The position numbers and the translations under genes were made by a program. Positions 54,533 to 64,000 of a stretch of 64,000 nucleotides of DNA are shown here, one piece after another (position 1 is the first letter of the stretch; every line of letters begins with the position of its first letter). This DNA comes from Girardia tigrina (lineage: Eukaryota), in the NCBI GenBank assembly GCA_001938485.1, contig MQRK01225287.1:1-64000 (forward strand). The letters are read 5' to 3'. The notes under the pieces were generated by a model. That model was given only the letters and a program-made list of their open reading frames with translations. It was not told where the DNA came from and did not search any database.

Positions 54533-55445
54533 GGTGACCCGACAAAATAACGCCGACCATTGTTTTTTATTCTCATTTAAAAATTAAAATTTATTTAAAT
54601 AATTACAGGTTGGTAAATTATAAAAAGAAGTTTTAGTCATGAATTCTGATATCGATATAACTTTCAATTTCATTCTCTGGGAATATTACAATACCACCTT
54701 GATTAAATGTTACACGTTGCAATGATAACCTTCTATTGTGGGATTCAGGAGTAGATGAGAAATCAAGTTAAAATGTAAATCTACCTTCGAAGAACTGAAT
54801 AATGCTTAACCAGATGTTGTTGAAAATTTGTATGAATATATGAAGGACAATTATATTTGTCGCTGGAGACAAAACCGTAGAGTTAGTCCGATATTTCCAG
54901 TAACATTGTGAACGTTCGAAATCGAGTATATGACAATCTACCTCTTACAAACAATTCAATTTCAGATGTACCTTGATAATCACCACCATAATGTCTACAA
55001 GCTGATCAATCACTTGCTCAGATAATAAGAGTACGCTGAGAACAGAATTCAATGACACAATCCAGGAGAACGAAGCAAAATTGCAAGCAAGGCAAAGTAT
55101 TTTCAGCTAAACAAACGTCTTTTAGCTTTGTTGCCAACGTATAGCAACAGACCACTGATAGAATTTCCACGTGGTATCGCTTTCAATTCGACTTTGTGAT
55201 AAAAAAAATTAGTAAATCAATTTTATTTTGATTTTTTAAATAAAGGTTTATAAAGTTTATAATTGTATTTATAAAAAAATATAAAATCTATTGATTTTAT
55301 TAGTTATTTTTTTATTTAGATATTTAATTTTCAAATATATCTTATAGTTTATTAAATAATAACAAAAGTTAAAAATTTAATAATTGATAAATATTTGCGC
55401 TATTTGTCGGTGTTATTTTGTCGTTCGCTATTTTGTCGGGAAACC
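54533..55445 (+). mobile_element. Internally deleted MULE (913 bp)
   Basis: Perfect 9-bp TSD GTGGAGAAT; TIR GGT(GA/TT)CCCGACAAAATA with repeated CGACAAAATA units; transposase C-terminal motifs PIFPVTL, DNLPLTNNS, HHNVYKLI. Confidence 0.88.
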
Positions 55446-55987
55446 GTGGAGAATAACTTTTAGTCGAGTTTCAAATGCGTTGATTTTTGTTAAATTTAAC
55501 AGAAATGTTAATAGTTGAGATTCTTAAAATTAATTTATAATTGGTGATGTCTGTAATGGAGAATCACATTGTAAAATGAGTAAATCCGTTAGAATAATAA
55601 GAGCTGTACTTTTGTCTACTTCAGAACGTTTAGAGTTCTTTTCAATTTCCATGTCTTGGTCTGAAATAATAAATCTGCATATCATTATTTTAAATGTCTT
55701 TATTTATTTTAGGATTTATCTGTGTGGAAAAAGCTGAATAATTGAGTTTATAAATGGATTTTCTTATATTTAGTTTAATTGTTGATTTTTAAATAAGTCT
55801 TAGCCCATATTTCATCCCATGAACAGTAATTGTTTCAAAGAAATTATAAAACATGTCGCTTTTAAATTTGTCTTTACTTTAAAACCAATATTGAAAAGAC
55901 TTTCATTAGTTTCAAATTTTATTTTTATAATTCATTAAAAGAATCTCACATCCTTTCAATGAAAGCTATTCGTCCACAAAATATGTA

Positions 55988-56245
55988 GGAACAGGACAAA
56001 AACCACTTAGGCGAAAAACCCCCGGACAAAATCCCCAGACATATACCCCCCTTGCAAAAAAAATAGTAAAGATCCAACAATAGAGGACTAAGTTATTATT
56101 TTCGGATTAGGGTTAGGGTTAGGGTGAGCAAGTATACTGCACTCAAAAGTTACCTGGTCATCCGTTACAAAATCAGAGAAAAAAATACACAAATTCAAAT
56201 TATTATTTTTGGGAGTTTTTGTGCGGGGGTTTTTATCTTAGTACA
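55988..56245. mobile_element. MULE-like MITE containing (TTAGGG)3
   Basis: AAAATATGTA occurs on both flanks (9-10 bp TSD); imperfect TIRs built of ACAAAA(A/T)CCCC-type units; telomeric repeat at 56107-56124. Confidence 0.72.
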
Positions 56246-56780
56246 AAAATATGTATACTGAATTATTTAGTATAAATAGTAAAATGTTAATGTGAAATTT
56301 CAATCCAAAGAGACTTAATGTCTACCAGTTGAAAATAGTTATTTTGTTGCTGATTTTATCAAATCAATTTGTACCATGTCAACATAAAAATAAAGTTAAA
56401 AATCCCAGTTTGAAATTAAAGTTTTTATTTACCATCAGCAAATGGGCTATCTTACGTAAGTACCAAATGATTGTGCGAACACTAAAAACTCCATTGTGAA
56501 GCTAAGGGTGGTATTGGTGTGACTAAAGGTTTAATTTTGTCTTGGGCTTTATAACAAATTCTTTTTTAAAGAATTTTACTTGATTATCGAAACTTTTACG
56601 TGATAGAGTTACAGGAGATCATTTTTTCGACAAATTAAACTGGAAAATAGTTGATAATATATTCATTACTGATAAAGAAATTGCTAAAAAGTAATTTTAT
56701 TCCTGAAAAACTGAATGAGCGTCCAAAATTTGTCATGTTTTCGATGTTTTATTCTGAATATTTTACTTTCAAATCAATTT

Positions 56781-57954
56781 TAGGGCTTTTCGATCTATTT
56801 TCACATTGCTGCAACCAATTTTCACATTGTTTCAATCAACTTTCCTTTAAAAATTTTTAACCCTTAAAAATAAAATTATTTTGCAACCAATTTTCACATC
56901 GTTTCATTCAATTTTCACATTGTTGAAATCAACTTTAGTTTTACATAAAAAGAGAATTTAAAGTAATTTTAATAAAAAAAGAAAAACAATAATTTTATTC
57001 TAAAATTTCTTCCCTTCGCTCACTGCGGATAACATACCTAAGCATTTTACGATAAAGTCCATCACAATCACTCGAAGTAACTTCATCAAATCCAGAGTCA
57101 ATAAAATTTTTAAGGTTTGTTTCATCTCGTGCACATTTCCTTAATACCGACCCTTTCCATTTTGTGAAACAATTCTAGATTGGATTGAGAAAAGGAGAAT
57201 ATGGGGGTAAATGCTCAATCAAAAGACCCAACTCATTTATAACAGAGTTTAGACCAGAATAATTATGTATTCTGGCATTGTCCATTATAAACACCGGTGT
57301 AGTTACTCCTTTTTTCCCTACAGGCAATTTTTAAATCTACCAAACAAGATTTAAAATTTTCGCCATTAAGTGCATGGTCATACACTTTGTTGAAAATCAT
57401 CCCATTTTTATTCATTGCAGCTAATACTGAAATCTTTCTTTCACGTGCTGCCGGGACATCAACACATGCCGAATTTCCCACAAAAGCTCTACCTTTCTTC
57501 GGCTAGAAGAGACTGAACCCTTCTTCATCTAAGAAAACGAAGTTTTCAGCACTATGAGAGACTTCATAATCCTGAAACCTTTGAGCATATTCGAATCTTT
57601 TTTGAATAGTTGAGCATTTACCCCCACATTCTCCTTTTCTCAATCCAATCTAGAATTGTTTCACAAAATGGAAAGGGTCGGTATTAAGGAAATGTGCACG
57701 AAATGAAACAAACCTTAAAAATTTTATTGACTCTGGATTTGATGAAGTTATTTCGAGTGATTGTGATGGATTTTATCGTAAAATGCTTAGATATGTTATC
57801 CGCAGTGAGCGAAGGGAAGAAATTTTAGAATAAAATTATTGTTTTTCTTTTTTTATTAAAATTACTTTAAATTCTCTTTTTATGTAAAACTAAAGTTGAT
57901 TGCAACAATATGAAAATTGATTGCAACAATGTGAAAATAGATCGAAAAACCCTA
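56781..57954 (-). mobile_element. Tc1/IS630-family element rearranged into a foldback with two 3' ends
   Basis: TAGGG(C/T)TTTTCGATCTATTTTCACATTG ends; 22-bp subterminal repeats. Minus strand reads FVFLDEEGF...ISVLAAM...VFIMDNARIH...LPPYSPFLNPI*NCF. 57610-57954 is an inverted copy of 57218-56781. Confidence 0.9.
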
Positions 57955-58179
57955 TAATAATTGAAATTTCAAATTTATAAATGTTCAACCTGAACTGGAC
58001 CACAAAGTCAAATATGAGAATAATAATATTTGACCTTGTAACACATTGATAATACAAGTATATATGTAATGTAAAATGATAAAGTTGTTTTCAAAAACTT
58101 AATCTTATTTTCTAAATACTGATGTAGTTATAAATTATCGTCATGAAAGGTTTAATCCTGTCGAGTATCAGTATTCGTT

Positions 58180-58734
58180 GTTTTGCACGGTAATTGCAAT
58201 CAGCAAAAATTGAATCAGTTGTAAACAGCTTATGGCAATATGTCTCTCTTATACCACAATCTGCGATGTGATAGTCAGTTCAAATATGATCGTGAGTTAG
58301 TGTTTTATGATCAGAAAGTTGGTCATAACATTTCTACCAAAAAGAGAGGAATGCTTGCAAATTGTGAAGAAAGAACACCATAATTCTATTGAACACTGCT
58401 GGCGCGGGAGCTCAAAAAACGCGTCAGATACCTTAGACTACCATTACTTAGCTTTGAGATCGCTAAAATCAAAGTAGTTGGGACGTTACGAATCTCGCAG
58501 GAGTAGTGCAAGAATTTGGTGAATTCCATGTCTGACCGCGTCCATGCATTAATTGCTGCCAAGGGTAGTCCAACTGGCTATTGATTCAACGTGATCTGCG
58601 TAAACACTTGTTAAGCATGTCTATGCTTTGCTGATCATTTAACCTTTTAAATGTTGTTGGTCAAATTATCGTTCTTAAAATTCAGCAATAATAACAAAAT
58701 TTTTAAAATGGTCCTAAACTTTGGGACACCACTG
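58180..58734 (+). mobile_element. Tc1-like element 3' remnant
   Basis: NSIEHCW...; CKNLVNSMSDRVHALIAAKGSPTGY*; right TIR TGGTCCTAAACTTTGGGACACCACTG followed by TA. Confidence 0.8.
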
Positions 58735-59529
58735 TATTTAGATCAAAATGAGTTTTATATGAAAAAATGAAACATCCAACCCGCATTGTTCTTATGTTAA
58801 GATTTACGTTTGTAATTATTTCCCATATCATCTAATTAGGGTACTTATTGGACGTACTACGTATGTATCTAAAATATTAAAGATTAAGTCTAAAGTTATA
58901 CTTGAGGAATATGAAAAAAACATTTGTGATGTAAAATCTACCAAAATGCTGTAATTTTTAAACAGAATGGGAAACCTTTATTGAAAATACCTTTTTGGAA
59001 CTCTTGCATCGCTGGAATATAATATTTTAGAAATCGTTATCTATGCTAATTAATTCAAGGAAAACACGTTTAAATAATGACAATAATTTATAATATAATT
59101 TATACACTTGGTTCCGAATACCTATATTTTATATCTATATTTGTATCTATAATTATACATATATTTTATGTTGCCTAAAAATCTATTTTAAAACAGTTTT
59201 AAATGAGATTTTATTAAAAATTGCTTTTACTTGATCTTGATAAATATTTAAACATCTCTTTAGTTTTTTGTTGAGAGTGATAGACTATTAAATATGTATA
59301 TCATCAATTGGTTAATCAACTTTTACTTATAAGACGCAGATATTGTTGATGTTCACGTTTTATGATGACAGTTTACGGTTCAAATATCTATGACAGACGG
59401 ATTTTTGATTTTTAATAATTTTAAGAACAATTACATCTTTTTTCAAAAATTTTTTATTAATACCACATTTTGAATTGTCTTGAGTACAATTTTTAACAAA
59501 ACTTTCGCAATTTTTTTATTGATGGGCTA

Positions 59530-60690
59530 AAGTATCCATTCTGTACCTAAGTTCTGTACCATGGTTTTCACCGGAGTTATTTTACTGTGGCCTCCCCCGG
59601 TACCACTAAATTTTGGTGATCGTTTCCTCCATCTCTATACCTTAAATATTTAACTTCATCATTCAACGAGTGATCCTCAACGGATAAAAAGTTACTGTTC
59701 TCTTTTTCGAGCTGCTTCACATTATAAGGAAATGTTTGAAGCAGCTCGTTTAGGACATCCAGATCGAAGTCTTCCATTTCCGCCAGAGGTTCCTCTATAA
59801 AGTCTGGTTCTGTAACCGTAGGACATAGATCTTGATTCAACTGATTCCTTGTCACTCTTTATCCCTATTACGGGTCTACTGTACCAAAGAGTACTTGGCA
59901 TTCGATAAAGAACACGCTACCACAATATTGTGAATCTTTTTCGGTGGAATCTGCAAGCTGATCAGGATACTAAGGCTTCTCTTTAACCAAGTTCCGAGAC
60001 ATTCAAGTAAAGGAGCACCGTTTTATCCAGCATGGCCCTTTTGCAAGGTTATGCAAAGACTTGTATTGATCCAAGTTCTTGATGTTACTATGAGGTCTGT
60101 TATCTTTTGTATAGTATTTTCAATTTACGTTTATCAGATATGAAGTGTTTTTCCCCGCACCATTATTATTATATGAACACAGTCCAGTGACGATATACAT
60201 ACACTATCATCATCTATATCAATTTCACTATCCAGGTAGTGAGTGATCTTTGCAGCGAAGTACAAGAGAGCATTATGCCTATATTTCTTAAACTCTCAAC
60301 TATAATTATAGTCAATACATATGCGAGAGTTTTTTTATTATGTTTTCACCTACGACAGTATCCACCATTTCTATGGATACCTGGTCTGAAATTGACAGGC
60401 ACTGTATGTTTCATTGCTTTGTAGTAAAAGTGCCACTCCATATAATTAAGACTACTCCAATAGGCAGCACCTTGGTGACTTATGGTAGAAGTTAGACTAC
60501 CACCAAATCTCCCGGCATTGTTTTACTTCATTCATTTGTGTATCTATGACATTTCCATTAAACACCTCAAAATTCTGGATATATTCCCTAAAAGGAGGTA
60601 TGAGAAATAAGTTCTCTTCCGTATTTTCCCGGATGGTAGCCATTTTAACCGTTTGCAAATATTCTTTCCAACACCAAACCATGATGCAGG
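59530..60690 (-). mobile_element. Decayed gypsy-like integrase region
   Basis: Traces of the HHCC finger (H.SHQG...SACQ) at about 60390-60485 followed by a PW..V.D-like segment; heavily disrupted. Confidence 0.35.
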
Positions 60691-60838
60691 TGAAGACTTA
60701 AATTACTCACACATTCATTTTCTATGAGAAAATTTGAGATTTTAATTAATTCGATAATTAAATAATTTAAGTTATATTTAAAGAATTCAGGTAAAAATTT
60801 TGATACAGGGTAATTTTTTTTATAAAAGTAATACTTAA

Positions 60839-61081
60839 CCCTTAAATGCATGATGATGTATATGTACATCAGTGTTTTCTTCCTTACATAATTTCTAAAC
60901 GGTAATTCAAACACAGTATTTTTTACTTTTAGTAGATGCTAAAAATATCTATCTTAGTTTTTGGACGCAAACTTTCATGATATAGCAGTTCACTTTTTGA
61001 ACTGTCAAAATTTGACAGCTTGGCGCAACACTTTCAAATACATTTATTGTATTTAAAAAGGAAAAATCATGCATTTAAGGG
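60839..61081. mobile_element. piggyBac-type MITE (243 bp)
   Basis: Perfect 16-bp TIR CCCTTAAATGCATGAT; TTAA on both sides (60835-60838, 61082-61085). Confidence 0.87.
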
Positions 61082-62491
61082 TTAAAAAAGATTATTGTTT
61101 TAATAAATTAAAATCTGAACACAATCATAACACAATAAATAATAAAATTTATTTAAAAAGTAAATAATTATATTGTTTTAAATATCTGTGAAATGGAAAT
61201 GAAGATTTTGTTTAAATTGTGTTAAAAATAGAAATAGATTTTTGAATAAAACTAACAGTCTTATAATGGAAGATAATATAAATGTAACTAACAAATAAAA
61301 TTCTTTTATTTTTTTTAAAAACATTTCCATTTTTGAAATGTTTTAAGGATTTTAGATTAACATGGACATTCCGAAGAATTTTAAAATGTTTCTTCATCAT
61401 GGTTATATGACCATTGTCCTAGTTTTAAGGCTAGAAATTTATTTTTTAGACTATTTTTTCGTGATTTAAGTCGGCTAAAGTGTAAACAAAACACAGAAAT
61501 GTTTATAAATTTTTTTGTGAGAAAACACTTTTTATGAGCTCACACGATCTCAACCGTTTTCAGTAGGTGTCCTCATTGGCTGCAGTTGATTTGAAATGGT
61601 GGATTCTGGCTAAGAACATTTTAAAAATCCATAACGAACTATTATTCTAACAATAGTTTTTTTAGGTTTATTCGGGCTAGCATATCTACTTAATAATTCA
61701 CGATCTACTACGGTTTCCCAAATCAATCATTAAACATTTCAGTTGTTTTATATCATATAATTTGTGCTCTGTTAATTCCACGGTATTTTTATTAAAATTT
61801 ATATTTTCCATTTCCATAGAGTGGAAATAAACGAATCTGTAGTGTTAAGTATATTCTAAAACTCGTACAAAACTATAAGAAAAAGTTGTTGTAAAAAAGG
61901 TTAAACAAAATTTGATTGAAAAACAAATTGTAAGTATACAAAACAATTCATTATTTCCGTAAAACCCTCAAGTCCTGGTCAAATTCACTATAGAATGTGG
62001 TTGGAAATTCGCAATCTCTTCCTCTTGTGTCATTGGAACTAAATTGCACTGTAAATCTTGTTTCGAAAGATGTCGACATTTAATGCACAAATATTGAAAT
62101 AAATATTTCTCACTACTTACAATAGTTGAGAGTATATTTGCGATAGATCTTTTGCTATGATGTTATGACTATGATATTCTGTCTCCTTCCAGAAGTAACC
62201 TTTCTTTTGTCTCTCGTCAAATGCAAGATTGATTTGAGAATATTTACGTCGGATATTTCAGTAATAATATTATGACGATACATATATCTAATTTTGGTTT
62301 GCTTTTGAGCTTTGTCAACTGTATACTAATTTAAGTACCACATGATTGCAAATAACTTGTACAATAAATTATTTTAAGAATAGGTTTGAAGATGACCAAC
62401 TTGATGTAGAGTTTTAAATGAATTATGTAGTGACATTTTCTAATTTGGTTTAAAGAATGATTCAATCTACAAATTGAAGAAATAGTTTCAC

Positions 62492-62851
62492 TCACATATT
62501 AATTGTTTTGATTCTCGAGCGGTTTTTGATTAAAAAAAATCTTGACATAAAATTTTGACCACAACGGCCGGCTGGATTCTCGCTTTCGTCCGGAAGCGGC
62601 TTTCGAAAATAAAGGTCAAAACAATCTCGATTTATGGTCCTAAAGAGGGCCGTTAACCATTCTCGAGTGGGTAAGTTTGTTAGACCTAACCGACGAAAAT
62701 AATTTTCTCTACTTTTGAATTCCGTTTTTCCGACACGAAGAGCGCGGACATTCTTAACGGTTTCCGTAAAATATTCATAATTTAATTTCATCAATATTTA
62801 GTCGCGTTTCTTTTCGCCAGCAACAATGTCAAAACTTTTTGTCATCATCAT
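62492..62851 (-). pseudogene. Unidentified reading frame of about 119 codons with one in-frame stop (TE-derived or a gene fragment)
   Basis: MMMTKSFDIVAGEKKRD*ILMKLNYEYF...; locally GC-richer; no motif recognised with confidence. Confidence 0.25.
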
Positions 62852-64000
62852 TAAAAAATCAAAAATGAATATATTGATCAAATTCTTTATTTCTCATTTT
62901 AAAATTTTCAAAATTCACAACTGTTTCCAACCATCAGTCTCGTTAACCAAAAACATTTATAAAAAAATTTTTTTTAATTTTAACTAATTTTTATAATTTG
63001 GAATTTCGCCTTGTGATCACAAATTTATTCACATATTTTTTACACAAGCCAAAATTCCTTAAAACTAATTTTTATTTATTTTCTACAAAATCATATATAT
63101 ATATATATATTTTTCTCATCTTAATCCGAACCATCATGTATTCCCGAACACTAATTAAGATTCATCGAAAGAGATTTTCTAAATGTTTGAAGAAGATCCT
63201 TTATGTCAAGCCTAACATCGAATGTTCCAGCCAATCTCGATTTTGATAGAAACGAATTCTAATTTAATGAGTTTCATAATCGAGATAAGCTTGGCTTAAC
63301 TCTAGGTAATGACTCCAGGGTTAAGAAATTACAGGAATTTGTATTTGGTATTCGTTTTGTTAATTAAATATTAAAGAAGTTATTTTTCCAAGAAAGAAGG
63401 TCTTTCTAAAAATGAGATTGTATTCAGGATTTCTTGATCAGGGACTAGAAAAGATAAAATTTCAATTCTTAAAGAAAACGTTTAATAAAAAAATTTTCAT
63501 TAAATCATTCACAAACACTTTTTCAGATAAAATGAATGATTTTGTAATTATTTGTGTAAAAAGAAAGAAGGAAGAAAGCAAATGGGTTTAAAGATCCCTT
63601 TGAACATTTGTTTTCGAATCACGAGATTTTAATATAAATATTTACACAAAACGTTTTAATTAAGATGGCAATTAAAATAAAATTACCATTATTTAATAGA
63701 ATTCGACAATTCAATATAATAAACATTTCGTACGTTGCCCTATTGTAACTTGATACTTTGGTAAGAAATTATTATTCAGTATTTTAGGTTTGTATCACTC
63801 GAGATTACGAATGTCTGGAATATTACCTGGAGCGGAGAATTGCCAATTTTGACCGAACATTTATTTTGCCAGTTTCAGTGTATAAAATAAAATATATGAT
63901 TAAATAATTAAATTAGTAAATTGGAATAAATAAATAAATTTCATTAAAATTAAATTAAATAAATAATTAAATATAAAAAAAATAAATAAAAGAAAATAAA

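Noticed and set aside
56107-56124. True telomere or chromosome-fusion site
   Set aside because: Only three units, internal to a TSD-bounded MITE.
56795-56935. 22-bp repeats as a CRISPR-like array
   Set aside because: They are head-to-tail subterminal repeats of a Tc1-like element without unique spacers, in eukaryotic DNA.

Overview
Very AT-rich eukaryotic genomic DNA with several N-gaps and vertebrate-type TTAGGG repeats. The composition and transposon mix suggest a flatworm such as a planarian, but that is inference only. Most of the window is a graveyard of nested mobile elements: a Penelope-like GIY-YIG tail, Ty3/gypsy remnants, pogo/Tigger, a Mos1-like mariner, Tc1/IS630 and DD41D-like elements, MULEs, hAT and piggyBac MITEs, and LINE fragments. 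The only convincing host-gene signal is a + strand spliced 5' region (putative UTR exon 45400-45474 and a Pro-rich coding exon 45731-45932). A GC-rich island at about 25.9-26.2 kb may be the first exon of a - strand transcript. The most notable unexplained structure is a 420-500 bp family present 8 times in 3 diverged subfamilies. It has 5-bp target-site duplications, non-canonical 5'-TGT...ATA-3' ends, LTR-like signals, and an internal inverted repeat that appears to covary between subfamilies. Also notable are three short, apparently locally templated duplications, including a Tc1-like element rebuilt with two copies of its 3' end, and a MULE-like MITE carrying (TTAGGG)3. All calls were made by eye, without database searches.
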